A DNA stretch of 64,000 nucleotides, taken from positions 15,004 through 79,003 of the forward strand of contig JAGAJK010000077.1 of NCBI GenBank assembly GCA_017626145.1. The letters run 5' to 3'. Under the pieces are notes generated by a model. That model saw nothing but the letters and a program-made list of their open reading frames with translations. It had not been told where the DNA came from and did not search any database. The stretch comes from Clostridia bacterium. Lineage in GTDB: Bacteria; Bacillota; Clostridia; RGIG6154. A program made the translations under genes and the position numbers. This document shows positions 1-9,268 of this stretch, piece after piece. The first letter of the stretch is position 1, and every line of letters begins with the position of its first letter.

Positions 1-72
1 ACCCTCGCGCCGGGAATCCCCGACCTAACGGTTTAGCAAACCGCCCCCTTCGGCCGACTTGGGTATTTCTCC
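1..72 (-). tRNA. Partial tRNA-Ser(GCU), cut at the window edge. Present: 5' acceptor strand, D-arm, anticodon arm with loop TTGCTAA, and a long variable arm. The T-arm lies beyond position 1.
   Basis: Reverse complement of 1-72 reads GGAGAAATACCCAAGTCGGCCGAAGGGGGCGGTTTGCTAAACCGTTAGGTCGGGGATTCCCGGCGCGAGGGT. The anticodon loop has U33 and A37 flanking GCT, and the long variable arm is typical of a type II tRNA. Confidence 0.5.
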
Positions 73-84
73 GAATAAATTTTT

Positions 85-107
85 ATCGCACTAATAATTA
101 GTGCGAT
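85..107. other. Inverted-repeat hairpin (ATCGCACTAAT/ATTAGTGCGAT) in the spacer between two tandem tRNA-Ser genes. No U-tract follows it.
   Basis: Near-perfect palindrome atcgcactaataattagtgcgat. Confidence 0.4.
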
Positions 108-117
108 AATATTAAAT

Positions 118-205
118 TGGCGGAGAGGGTGAGATTCGAACTCACGGCTCTTGCGAGTCACCGGTTTTCAAGACCGGCTCCTTAAACCACTCGGACACCT
201 CTCCG
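118..205 (-). tRNA. tRNA-Ser(UGA)
   Basis: Reverse complement gives GGAGAGGTGTCCGAGTGGTTTAAGGAGCCGGTCTTGAAAACCGG...CTCTCCGCCA. It has a long variable arm, anticodon loop CTTGAAA and a CCA end. Confidence 0.85.
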
Positions 206-299
206 TACCGAACAAAAATGATTATACCAAAAAATGCGCACAATGTCAAGTGTTTTTTAATAATTTTTTCTTAAACTATTTACTTTTTTTTAATAATGT

Positions 300-412
300 G
301 GTATTATGTTACAAAGAAAGTCTTTAAGTTGATGCGGAGACATCGGCAAGATAAGAAAAATAAACTTCCTTACCCTGTCGTGTCCGGACAGGTGTTTTTA
401 CTTTTCGGAGGA
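300..412 (+). promoter_or_regulatory. Candidate pyr leader/attenuator upstream of pyrR. A GC hairpin CCTGTC-GTGTCCG-GACAGG (374-392) is followed by a T-run, consistent with the PyrR-controlled terminator expected in this position.
   Basis: Terminator-like hairpin plus TGTTTTTACTTTT immediately 5' of the pyrR RBS. The PyrR-binding loop motif was not confidently matched. Confidence 0.4.
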
Positions 413-423
413 AAGGATAGTAT

Positions 424-981
424 ATGAAACTAAAAGCTACAATTCTTGATGAGGATACCATAAAAAGAACACTTATGCGTATTTCACATCAGATAGTTGA
501 AAAAAACAGTGATATAGAGAATGTTTGTCTTGTAGGTATCAAAACAAGAGGAGTACCGATTGCTGAGATTTTAGGTGAAAATATTTATGCTATTACAGGA
601 GTTAATGTACCTGTAGGTGTACTTGATATTACTCTTTACCGTGATGATATTCCGGATAAAGATCCGGTTATAAAGAAAAGTGATCTTGGTTTTTCGGTTG
701 AGAATAAGTGTGTTATTCTTGTTGATGATGTTATTTATACCGGCAGAACAGTAAGATGTGCTATGGATGCTGTTATGAGAAACGGAAGACCTGCGATGAT
801 TCAGCTTGCGGCGATGGTAGACAGAGGACACAGAGAATTACCGATACGTGCAGATTATGTAGGAAAAAATCTTCCTACCTCCAGAAATGAAGTTGTTCGT
901 GTTAATTTGAAAAAGACAGATAATATTATGAATGTGGAATTATATGAGAAAACAGGTGACTGTAATGTATGCAAAAAATGA
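424..981 (+). CDS. pyrR: Bifunctional pyrimidine operon regulator / uracil phosphoribosyltransferase PyrR
   Basis: N-terminal [10 protein letters not shown]...[13 protein letters not shown] matches PyrR. It also has the PRTase motif [13 protein letters not shown]. Confidence 0.9.
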   Translation: MKLKATILDEDTIKRTLMRISHQIVEKNSDIENVCLVGIKTRGVPIAEILGENIYAITGVNVPVGVLDITLYRDDIPDKDPVIKKSDLGFSVENKCVILVDDVIYTGRTVRCAMDAVMRNGRPAMIQLAAMVDRGHRELPIRADYVGKNLPTSRNEVVRVNLKKTDNIMNVELYEKTGDCNVCKK

Positions 982-1819
982 AATTATAACTAAAAAAGTT
1001 TTGAATGAACAGGTAGTGCTTCTTGAAATATATTCGCCTCTCGTTGCGAAAAAGGCACAGCCCGGTCAGTTTATTATTTTCAGAATTGATGAGTTTGGTG
1101 AAAGAATTCCTTTAACCATAGCTGATTTTGACAGGGAAAAAGGTAGTGTGACCATCATTTTTCAGAAGGTGGGAAAGTCTACAAATCAGCTTGCTTCACT
1201 TTCCGAAGGAGACTCAATTCTTGATTTTGTCGGACCGCTCGGAACTGCATCCCACCTTGAAGGTTACAAAAAGGTAGCAGTGATTGGCGGTGGCCTCGGA
1301 ACGGCTATCGCATACCCACAGGCAAAAAAATTAAATGAGCTTGGTGCTGAGGTTCATATGATTACCGGATTTCGCAATAAGGAACTTATTATATTAAAAG
1401 AAGAATGCGAAAAAGTAAGCAACAGATGTGTTATATCAACAGATGACGGTTCAAACGGCAATAAAGGCTTTGTTACAGATATACTGAGACAGTTAATTGA
1501 AGAAGGTAACAACTATGATCTTGTAATTGCAATAGGTCCTTTACCTATGATGAAATTTGTAGCTCTCCTTACAAAGGAATATGGCATTAAAACGATTGTG
1601 AGTATGAATCCTGTTATGATAGATGGAACGGGAATGTGTGGAGGTTGCCGTGTGACAGTAGGTGGAGAAACAAAATTTGCCTGTGTTGACGGTCCTGATT
1701 TTGACGGTCATCTTGTGGATTTTGATCAGGCTATTATGCGTCAGCAGGCATTTAAGGATAAGGAAAAACAGTCGTTTGAGGAACACATATGTAGAATGGA
1801 GGGCTTTAAGAATGCCTAA
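965..1819 (+). CDS. NfnA/PyrK-like FAD/[2Fe-2S] oxidoreductase subunit, annotated variously as ferredoxin-NADP+ reductase subunit alpha or sulfide dehydrogenase SudB-like
   Basis: FAD/NAD-binding fold with the C-terminal CGGCRV...CVDGP 2Fe-2S motif. The reading frame overlaps the end of pyrR. A start at 965 (MYAKNEII) was preferred over 932. Confidence 0.75.
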   Translation: MYAKNEIITKKVLNEQVVLLEIYSPLVAKKAQPGQFIIFRIDEFGERIPLTIADFDREKGSVTIIFQKVGKSTNQLASLSEGDSILDFVGPLGTASHLEGYKKVAVIGGGLGTAIAYPQAKKLNELGAEVHMITGFRNKELIILKEECEKVSNRCVISTDDGSNGNKGFVTDILRQLIEEGNNYDLVIAIGPLPMMKFVALLTKEYGIKTIVSMNPVMIDGTGMCGGCRVTVGGETKFACVDGPDFDGHLVDFDQAIMRQQAFKDKEKQSFEEHICRMEGFKNA

Positions 1820-3203
1820 TATGTCAAACGAAAAAGTTAAAATGCCCGAACAAAAACCTGATATCAGAAACAAGAATTTTATGGAAGTAGCATTGGGGTA
1901 TACAGAAGAAATGGCTGTTGAAGAGGCCTCTCGTTGCTTGAATTGTAAAAATGCACCGTGTATGAACGGTTGTCCTGTAAATGTAAAAATACCTCAGTTT
2001 ATCGATTTAATAAGAAAAAAAGATTTTGAAGGCGCATACAAGAAGATTAAAGAAACCAGTGCGCTTCCTGCAATCTGCGGAAGAGTATGTCCACAGGAAT
2101 CACAATGTGAAAAGTATTGCGTAAGAGGAATAAAAGGTGAAGCAGTAGGTATAGGCAGACTTGAACGATTTGCTGCTGATTATTTTATGAATAATTGTGA
2201 CGGCGGTGAAGAGAAAATTGTTTCAAACGGAAAAAGGGTCGCTGTAGTAGGCGGAGGTCCATCAGGTCTTACCTGTGCAGGTGATCTTGCGAAGCTTGGA
2301 TATAAAGTAACGATTTTCGAAGCATTTCACAAAGCCGGCGGGGTTCTTGTTTACGGTATTCCTGAATTTCGTCTTCCGAAAGCAATAGTAGAGAAGGAAA
2401 TAAACAAATTAAAGGATTTGGGTGTAGAAATTGAAACAAATGTTGTAATAGGAAGAACACTTGATGTAAAAGAATTATTTGAGGATGGTTTTGAGGCTGT
2501 ATTTATCGGAACAGGAGCAGGACTTCCTTCATTTATGAATATGCCGGGTGAAAATTTAAACGGGGTATATTCAGCAAATGAATTTTTAACAAGAATTAAT
2601 CTTATGAAAGCATATAAGTTTCCTGAGTACGATACTCCGGTAAGTGTTGGCAAAAGCGTTGCAGTAGTAGGTGGCGGTAATGTTGCTATGGATGCTGCAA
2701 GATGTGCAAAACGTCTTGGTGCTGAAAATGTATATATTGTATACAGAAGAAGCCAGGAAGAAATGCCTGCAAGACTTGAAGAGGTTCATCATGCAAAAGA
2801 AGAGGGAATAATTTTCAGGTTGCTTACAAATCCCGTTGCGGTAAAAGGCGATGAAAAAGGAAATGTGACAGGAATAGAATGTGTTGAGATGGTATTGGGT
2901 GAAGCGGATGCTTCAGGAAGACGCAGACCTGTAGCAAAGGAAAATTCAAACTTTATTTTAGATGTTGACAATGTAATTATAGCAATAGGTCAGACTCCTA
3001 ATCCACTTGTAAAAGCAACAACAGAAGGCTTGGAGACTCAGAAATGGGGCGGAATAATAGTTGACGAAGCAACAGGGAAAACCTCACTTGACGGTGTATA
3101 TGCCGGAGGAGATGCAGTAACGGGAGCGGCTACTGTGATACTTGCAATGGGTGCAGGAAAAACCGCAGCAAAAGCAATAGATGAATATTTACAGAATAAA
3201 TAG
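1812..3203 (+). CDS. NfnB / GltD-like NADPH-dependent oxidoreductase beta subunit (glutamate synthase small-chain family, 2x[4Fe-4S] + FAD/NADPH domains)
   Basis: CLNCKNAPCMNGCPV ferredoxin-like cysteine motifs and two GGGPSG/GGGNVA dinucleotide-binding motifs. A GGAGGG RBS lies 9 nt upstream of the ATG at 1812, giving an 8-nt overlap with the upstream gene. Confidence 0.8.
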   Translation: MPNMSNEKVKMPEQKPDIRNKNFMEVALGYTEEMAVEEASRCLNCKNAPCMNGCPVNVKIPQFIDLIRKKDFEGAYKKIKETSALPAICGRVCPQESQCEKYCVRGIKGEAVGIGRLERFAADYFMNNCDGGEEKIVSNGKRVAVVGGGPSGLTCAGDLAKLGYKVTIFEAFHKAGGVLVYGIPEFRLPKAIVEKEINKLKDLGVEIETNVVIGRTLDVKELFEDGFEAVFIGTGAGLPSFMNMPGENLNGVYSANEFLTRINLMKAYKFPEYDTPVSVGKSVAVVGGGNVAMDAARCAKRLGAENVYIVYRRSQEEMPARLEEVHHAKEEGIIFRLLTNPVAVKGDEKGNVTGIECVEMVLGEADASGRRRPVAKENSNFILDVDNVIIAIGQTPNPLVKATTEGLETQKWGGIIVDEATGKTSLDGVYAGGDAVTGAATVILAMGAGKTAAKAIDEYLQNK

Positions 3204-3257
3204 AAAAATTTTCAAAAAACACTTGATTTTTTAAATATCTTGTGATATACTTAATGA

Positions 3258-3322
3258 GTTAATGAGGGTGGTCCTCTGAAGTGAGCCATACTTTTATGAA
3301 CACCTGCTAAGAGAGGAGGAGC
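3258..3322 (+). promoter_or_regulatory. Probable L19 ribosomal-protein leader (autoregulatory 5' UTR structure) and sigma-A promoter (TTGATT-N17-TATACT at about 3221-3249)
   Basis: Structured GC-rich element GAGGGTGGTCCTC...AGAGAGGAGGAG directly upstream of rplS. The call follows the Firmicutes L19-leader arrangement as remembered. Confidence 0.35.
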
Positions 3323-3326
3323 ATAA

Positions 3327-3668
3327 ATGAATATAATTGATTCAATTACAAAAAGTCAGATCAGAACTGATTTGCCTGAACTTGTTATCGGTGATACTGT
3401 AAAGGTTCACGTAAAGGTTAAGGAAGGTACAAGGGAAAGAATCCAGGTATACGAAGGAACTATCATTTCCAAGAAACATGGCGGTATATCAGAAACAGTA
3501 ACCGTAAGAAGAATTTCTTTCGGCGTAGGTGTAGAAAGAGTATTCCCAGTAAATTCTCCTAATATCGCAAAGATTGAAGTAGTGAGAAAGGGTAAAGTCA
3601 GAAGAGCTAAACTTTACTATCTCAGAGATAGAGTTGGTAAGGCTGCCAAAGTTAAGGAAAAAATCTGA
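3327..3668 (+). CDS. rplS: 50S ribosomal protein L19
   Basis: [31 protein letters not shown]... is a typical L19. Confidence 0.92.
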   Translation: MNIIDSITKSQIRTDLPELVIGDTVKVHVKVKEGTRERIQVYEGTIISKKHGGISETVTVRRISFGVGVERVFPVNSPNIAKIEVVRKGKVRRAKLYYLRDRVGKAAKVKEKI

Positions 3669-3748
3669 TTGTACTGAAATTAAGCCGGGCATCTTTACAA
3701 GATGTTCGGCATAAATTTTATCAAAAACGTTTGTTTGGAGGTTTTGCT

Positions 3749-4330
3749 ATGAGTTTATGGAATAAAAAAACTGAAAATACCGAAGCTTTTGAAGAGGTTG
3801 AGGAAGTAGTTGCCAAATCGATGAAGCGTGAAATTCTTGAATGGGTTTTATGCATAGTAATCGCAGTTGGTCTTGCATTGCTCATCAGACAGTTTATATT
3901 TAATGTTGTAAAGGTTGACGGTGCGTCAATGGAAAACACATTACACGACAAAGATCAGCTTATAGTATGGAAGCTTGGTTATACCCCTGAAAAAGGTGAC
4001 ATTATTGTTCTCCATCAGGCAAACCATCCACCTTATATAAAGAGAATTATTGCAACTGAAGGACAGACGGTTGATATAGATTTTAATACTCATAAGGTTT
4101 ATGTTGACGGTGTTGAAATTGAAGAACCGTACATTAAGGAACCAACAGCAGTGAGAGGAGATGTCAAGTTTCCTGTAACGGTAGAGGAAGATTGTGTGTT
4201 TGTTATGGGTGATAACAGAAACCATAGCAGCGACAGCAGATTTTCGGATGTTGGATTTGTTCACCGAAGTGAGATTTTAGGAAAAGCGGTTTTTAGATTT
4301 TGGCCGTTTTCAAGTATTAAGACTTTCTGA
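3749..4330 (+). CDS. lepB: Signal peptidase I
   Basis: GASMENTL (catalytic Ser box), GDNRNHSSDSR box and an N-terminal TM segment. A GGAGG RBS precedes the ATG at 3749. Confidence 0.88.
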   Translation: MSLWNKKTENTEAFEEVEEVVAKSMKREILEWVLCIVIAVGLALLIRQFIFNVVKVDGASMENTLHDKDQLIVWKLGYTPEKGDIIVLHQANHPPYIKRIIATEGQTVDIDFNTHKVYVDGVEIEEPYIKEPTAVRGDVKFPVTVEEDCVFVMGDNRNHSSDSRFSDVGFVHRSEILGKAVFRFWPFSSIKTF

Positions 4331-4331
4331 G

Positions 4332-4360
4332 AAATGCCCGAAAGGGCATTTTTTTAGAAT
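4332..4360 (+). terminator. Rho-independent terminator (GCCCGAAAGGGC + T-run)
   Basis: gaaatgcccgaaagggcattttttt. Confidence 0.75.
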
Positions 4361-4516
4361 AGCCTTCGGCTTATTGAATAGCTTGTGCGAAAAAATGTTC
4401 GCATATTACCAAAATGCATATAGGTGTAAAAGCTCTTATCATTTCTTACCATACGGATAAGAGAAAACTTTAGTTATTATTTGTGCCGACGTATGGCGGC
4501 AGAATGGAGATTTTTT

Positions 4517-5371
4517 ATGGCGATACAGTGGTTTCCGGGACATATGGCAAAAACAAGAAAACAGATAAGTGAGGATATTAAGCTTGTTGATGTGATTTAT
4601 GAGCTTGTTGATGCACGAATTCCTATGTCAAGCAGAAATCCTGAAATAGATAAAATAGCTGCCGACAAACCAAGAATACTGCTTCTTAATAAAGCGGATA
4701 TGGCAGATGATGATATAAATAACCTGTGGATTGATTACTTCAAAAAGCAGGGGGTTGAATGTATAAAGCTTTCTTGTAAATCGGGAGAAGGAATTGAAAA
4801 AATTCAGCCTCTTACACAGAAAATTCTTTCCGAAAAGAACAGGAAAAGAAAAGACCGCGGTATAGTTGATACAAGTATAAAGGCAATGATAGTAGGAATA
4901 CCCAATGTCGGTAAATCCACATTCATAAATAAATTATCAGGAAGAGCAGGAGCAAAAACAGGGGACAGACCGGGTGTTACTACAGGTAAGCAATGGATAA
5001 CTGTTAAAGGTGATTTTAAGCTTCTTGACACACCGGGAATATTATGGCCTAAATTCGAGGATGAAAATGTTGGTTTCCGTCTTGCGTTTACAGGCGCCAT
5101 TAAGGACGAAATTATGGATGTAGAGGAGCTTGCCTGTAGATTGTTAGAGGTGCTTTCAAAGCATTATCCGGATAATATTTTTGAAAGATATAAAATAGAT
5201 TGCGAAGGTCTTGATTCGTACGACCTTTTAGAAGAAATCGGCAGAAAGCGTGGCTGTGTTATGAGCGGCGGCAGTATTAATACCGAACGGTGTGCCAATA
5301 TGCTTCTTGATGAATTCAGAGCTACAAAAATAGGTAAGATTTCTCTTGAAAAACCGACGGAGGAAATGTAA
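4517..5371 (+). CDS. rbgA: Ribosome biogenesis GTPase A (YlqF/RbgA)
   Basis: MAIQWFPGHMAK start with circularly permuted GTPase motifs (LLNKADM, GIPNVGKST). Confidence 0.88.
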   Translation: MAIQWFPGHMAKTRKQISEDIKLVDVIYELVDARIPMSSRNPEIDKIAADKPRILLLNKADMADDDINNLWIDYFKKQGVECIKLSCKSGEGIEKIQPLTQKILSEKNRKRKDRGIVDTSIKAMIVGIPNVGKSTFINKLSGRAGAKTGDRPGVTTGKQWITVKGDFKLLDTPGILWPKFEDENVGFRLAFTGAIKDEIMDVEELACRLLEVLSKHYPDNIFERYKIDCEGLDSYDLLEEIGRKRGCVMSGGSINTERCANMLLDEFRATKIGKISLEKPTEEM

Positions 5372-5985
5372 TGGACTACGAAATTGAAAAAAACCTTTAT
5401 GAAAAGGGTATAAATTTTTTGGCAGGAGTGGATGAGGCAGGCAGAGGGCCGTTGGCAGGTCCTGTTTTTGCGGCAGCAGTAGTTTTGAAGAACGGACAGT
5501 TTTTAGATGGTGTTACAGATTCTAAAAAGCTTACCGAAAAGAAGCGTGATTATCTTTTTGATAAAATAATGGACGAGGCTGTTTGCTTCAGTATAGCTAT
5601 TGCAGATGAAAAGGAAATTGATAATATAAATATCAGAAATGCTACATTTAAGGCAATGAATGAGGCTGTGAATAACCTTGAAATTACACCTGAATTTGTT
5701 TTAATTGACGGTAATGCTATCAAAGATATGACAATTCCTCACGAATGTATTGTAAAAGGTGATTTTAAATGTAATTCAATTGCGGCAGCTTCAATTCTTG
5801 CCAAGGTATCCAGGGACAGATTTATGTTAAAGTGTCACGAGCTTTATCCTGAATATGAATTTGACCGACATAAAGGTTATCCTACTAAGCTTCATTATGA
5901 AAAAATCCGTGAATTTGGCGTATGTCCGTTGCACAGACTTACTTTTTTGAAAAATATTGTAGATGGTGACGGAAATGTCATATAA
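5371..5985 (+). CDS. rnhB: Ribonuclease HII
   Basis: GVDEAGRGPLAGPV motif. Overlapping start/stop with rbgA (ATGG). Confidence 0.9.
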   Translation: MDYEIEKNLYEKGINFLAGVDEAGRGPLAGPVFAAAVVLKNGQFLDGVTDSKKLTEKKRDYLFDKIMDEAVCFSIAIADEKEIDNINIRNATFKAMNEAVNNLEITPEFVLIDGNAIKDMTIPHECIVKGDFKCNSIAAASILAKVSRDRFMLKCHELYPEYEFDRHKGYPTKLHYEKIREFGVCPLHRLTFLKNIVDGDGNVI

Positions 5986-6361
5986 TAAAGCGATAGGGGA
6001 TCTCGGTGAGGATGCCGTAGCAAAATTTATAAGGAAGAAGCATTTCAGGATTCTCGAAAGAAATTATGCTTGCAGGTACGGAGAAATTGATATAATAGCA
6101 AAGCGTAAAAAAGAGCTTATTTTTATTGAAGTTAAAACACGCAGCTCAAAAGCCTACGGAGGCGGAGTAAGTGCTGTAAATTTTCATAAAAGAAGAAATA
6201 TAGTTCTTACCTCACAGCATTTTATGAGAAGCATAGATTATAACGGCCCCAGACGGTACGATATAGCCGAGGTTTATATTAATGAAAATAAAGAAGTATC
6301 CGAAATTAATTATATAGAAAACGGGTTTCCGTGGGAAGGACACAGATATGGTAGTTGGTGA
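5975..6361 (+). CDS. yraN: YraN family (UPF0102) endonuclease
   Basis: GEDAVAKFI...YGEIDIIA...IFIEVKTR motifs. The alternative start at 5963 overlaps the end of rnhB. Confidence 0.8.
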   Translation: MSYNKAIGDLGEDAVAKFIRKKHFRILERNYACRYGEIDIIAKRKKELIFIEVKTRSSKAYGGGVSAVNFHKRRNIVLTSQHFMRSIDYNGPRRYDIAEVYINENKEVSEINYIENGFPWEGHRYGSW

Positions 6362-7256
6362 TTTACACTGTGATTTACCGTATAAAATGTATAAATCCGG
6401 AAAAACTTTAGATAATAATGACTTTAATTGGTCTTTAAGTCACCTGAAAGAAAATGATAGTTTTATACAGGTTTTTGCTACCTGTGTTGAGGATGACGAA
6501 AAATTAAATTCTTTTGACGGAGCCGTAAAAGTTATAAATAACTTTAAAAAGGAACTTGCAAAATTCGGCTTTAATACAACAGAGTTATATTTTGAGGAAA
6601 GTAAAGTTAATTCTGTTTTATCATTAGAAGGTGGTGGAGCACTTGGAGGTAAAATCTCCAATGTTCAAAAAATGTACGATCTCGGTGTAAGGATTATAAC
6701 ACTTACCTGGAATTATGAAAATGAGCTTGGCTATGGAGCTGTAACAGGTAAAACTGACGGGCTTAAGCCATTTGGTAAAGAAGTGGTTAAAGAAATGAAC
6801 CGTCTCAGAATGGTGGTTGATGTTTCTCACCTCAATGAAGCAGGTTTTTATGATGTTGCTGAGTTTGCAGGAATCCCGTTTATAGCATCTCATTCAAATT
6901 CGAAAAGTATTTGTGATAATCTACGTAATTTAACAGACCATCAGTTTCTTGAAATAGTAAAACGAGGAGGTCTTGTGGGTATTAATACGTATCCGTATTT
7001 TTTAAATAATACTGACAAATCAGATGTATGTGACATAATAAAGCATCTTGAACACTTTCTTTCTCTCGGAGGAGAGAACGTGGTTTCACTTGGTGCGGAT
7101 TTTGACGGAATAGATGCAGTAACTTCGGATTTTGAAAACATATCAGGTTATTCAAATTTAATGAAAGAATTGGTTAAATTAAATTATTCCGAAAGTCTGA
7201 TTGCAAAAATATACTATAAAAATATGAAAAACTATTTTAATAGATATATTTTTTGA
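6348..7256 (+). CDS. Membrane dipeptidase (peptidase family M19)
   Basis: DLHCDLP N-terminal metal ligands, LEGG, VDVSHL and ASHSNS motifs. Confidence 0.8.
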   Translation: MVVGDLHCDLPYKMYKSGKTLDNNDFNWSLSHLKENDSFIQVFATCVEDDEKLNSFDGAVKVINNFKKELAKFGFNTTELYFEESKVNSVLSLEGGGALGGKISNVQKMYDLGVRIITLTWNYENELGYGAVTGKTDGLKPFGKEVVKEMNRLRMVVDVSHLNEAGFYDVAEFAGIPFIASHSNSKSICDNLRNLTDHQFLEIVKRGGLVGINTYPYFLNNTDKSDVCDIIKHLEHFLSLGGENVVSLGADFDGIDAVTSDFENISGYSNLMKELVKLNYSESLIAKIYYKNMKNYFNRYIF

Positions 7257-7335
7257 ATTTTTTTGTTTTTATTCTTGCAATTTTGCAGGTTTTGTTATAC
7301 AATATATATAATTAATTTGATATAGGAGCATATTT

Positions 7336-8529
7336 ATGAATATTTCACAGAAAATACAGTCAGTTTCAGCGTCGCCGACGTTGGCAATTGATGCTAAATA
7401 TAAGGAGATGAAGGCTCAGGGTGTAGACGTAGTTGGCTTTGGTGCAGGTGAACCTGATTTTGAAACTCCGCAAAACATCAAGGATGCGGCAATAAAAGCT
7501 ATAAATGACGGATTGACAAGATATACACCGGCATCAGGTACTCTTGACCTGAGAAAAGCAGTAGCTGAAAAATTTAAAAACGAAAACGGTCTCTGCTATG
7601 AACCAACACAGATTATAATCAGCAATGGTGCAAAGCATTCTCTTGTAAATGCACTTATGGCACTTCTTAACCCGGGTGAGGAGGTTATTATTCCTGCACC
7701 TTTCTGGGTAAGTTATATTGAAATGATAAAAATTGCAGATGGTGTACCTCATATAATTGAAACCAGCGAGGAAAATAATTTTAAATTCACACCAAATCAG
7801 CTGGAAGAAGCTATAAACGAAAAGACAAAAGCTCTCATTTTAAACAGCCCTTCAAACCCTACAGGTATGGTTTATACAAAAGAAGAGCTTGAAGAAATTG
7901 CAAACATTTGTGTTAAGCACGATATTTATGTAATTTCGGATGAAATTTATGAAAAGCTTATTTATGAAGGTGAACATATTAGCATCGGTTCTTTGAATGA
8001 TGAGATTATGAAGCGTACAATTACCATTAACGGCGTTTCAAAGAGCTATGCTATGACAGGTTGGAGAATTGGTTTTGCGGCAGCTCCTGCTCATATTGCA
8101 AAGGCAATGGCAAACCTTCAGTCTCACGCTGCATCAAATCCTAATTCAATCGCTCAGGCAGCTACAATAGAAGCTTTGAAAGGACCTCAGGATGAGGTTG
8201 AAAAGATGAGATTGGTTTTCGCACAGAGAAGAATTAATATGTGTAAAAGAATCAATTCAATCGACGGTGTTTCATGCAAAGAACCTCAGGGTGCATTTTA
8301 CATTATGATGAACATTACAAAGCTTTTCGGAAGAAGCTTTTACGGTCAGGTGATAGATTCATCTGATAAATTTGCAGAAGTTTTTCTTGAAAACGCAAAG
8401 GTTGCCGTAGTTCCGGGTAGCGGATTCGGTGCAGATGGCTATGTAAGATGGTCATATGCTACATCAGAAGAAAATATAAATGAAGGCTTGAACAGACTTG
8501 AAGAGTTCTTAAAACACGAAGATAAATAA
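7336..8529 (+). CDS. aspB: Aspartate/aromatic aminotransferase (class I PLP aminotransferase)
   Basis: GEPDFETP, NSPSNPTG and SKSYAMTGWRIG (PLP lysine region) motifs. Confidence 0.85.
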   Translation: MNISQKIQSVSASPTLAIDAKYKEMKAQGVDVVGFGAGEPDFETPQNIKDAAIKAINDGLTRYTPASGTLDLRKAVAEKFKNENGLCYEPTQIIISNGAKHSLVNALMALLNPGEEVIIPAPFWVSYIEMIKIADGVPHIIETSEENNFKFTPNQLEEAINEKTKALILNSPSNPTGMVYTKEELEEIANICVKHDIYVISDEIYEKLIYEGEHISIGSLNDEIMKRTITINGVSKSYAMTGWRIGFAAAPAHIAKAMANLQSHAASNPNSIAQAATIEALKGPQDEVEKMRLVFAQRRINMCKRINSIDGVSCKEPQGAFYIMMNITKLFGRSFYGQVIDSSDKFAEVFLENAKVAVVPGSGFGADGYVRWSYATSEENINEGLNRLEEFLKHEDK

Positions 8530-8538
8530 ATACAATGC

Positions 8539-8572
8539 TCCGTTGCTTTTTAAAAGCAACGGACTTTTTTTA
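8539..8572 (+). terminator. Rho-independent terminator
   Basis: ccgttgcttttaaaagcaacgg followed by a T-run. Confidence 0.8.
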
Positions 8573-8622
8573 TCTTTGTCCGCATATACATTACTGAAAA
8601 TATCAGTAAAGGCTGTGAGTGG

Positions 8623-9201
8623 ATGCTTTATAGGGTACGAAAGAAAATACAAAGACATTTTAAAATTAATATTTTTATATGTATATTAATGTTTACTGTC
8701 TTTACGGCGGGCGTTTCAGCAGGAAGCAGTAATTTTGTCCTGACAGAGGAAAACAGTGATGTTATATTGTCTTATTTCAAGAATAAGGGTAATTTTGAAG
8801 CTGTAGTTACCGATTCTTTTTTTAAGAATATCAGAATTATATTTATAATATTTATAAGCGGAATGTCTGTTGCCGGGATTCCGGTAATTTTGTATACTCT
8901 CTTTAGCAGGGGTGTTTCATTAGGTGCAGGGGTTTGTGCTCTTATTTCAGTATCGGAGAGCAGTTATGTCGGAATAATTTTAAATTTATTACCACAGATT
9001 GTTTTTCTTATTCTTGCAGTTATGATTATAAGCTATTATGGATTTACGTTTTCGTGTTTCTTATGTACAAGAGTGTTTTTTGGTAAAAGCAGATACCCTA
9101 AAAGGGATGTAAGTGTTATAACCTTTGCAATTGTTTTTTTGATTTCAGCATTATGCTGTTTTTTATCAGCTTTGTGTGAAGGTTGGTTTATTCCTGTATA
9201 A
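8623..9201 (+). CDS. spoIIM: Stage II sporulation protein M-like integral membrane protein
   Basis: A multi-TM protein of about 190 aa with GIPVIL and LPQ segments resembling SpoIIM. It lies next to xerD, as B. subtilis spoIIM lies near ripX. Confidence 0.55.
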   Translation: MLYRVRKKIQRHFKINIFICILMFTVFTAGVSAGSSNFVLTEENSDVILSYFKNKGNFEAVVTDSFFKNIRIIFIIFISGMSVAGIPVILYTLFSRGVSLGAGVCALISVSESSYVGIILNLLPQIVFLILAVMIISYYGFTFSCFLCTRVFFGKSRYPKRDVSVITFAIVFLISALCCFLSALCEGWFIPV

Positions 9202-9268
9202 AAATCTAAAAATTTCTATGTACAAAAAGGATTTTTTGTAGTAAAATGGTGTAAAGGATGTGAGATAA

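Noticed and set aside
85-107. Hairpin between the tRNA-Ser genes, considered as an intrinsic terminator
   Set aside because: It has no U-tract on either strand. It is more likely an inter-tRNA processing or spacer structure.
571-2971. Several 60-110-aa antisense ORFs inside pyrR and nfnAB (for example 571-831, 1541-1873, 2351-2653)
   Set aside because: They are embedded antisense to well-supported genes, carry low-complexity Ser/Ile/Asn-rich translations typical of AT-rich antisense frames, and lack RBSs.
4395-4470. Long-loop inverted repeat CTCTTATC...GATAAGAG upstream of rbgA, considered as a riboswitch or leader
   Set aside because: It matches no known motif, and its 18-nt loop and short stem make it weak. 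It is probably just promoter-region sequence.
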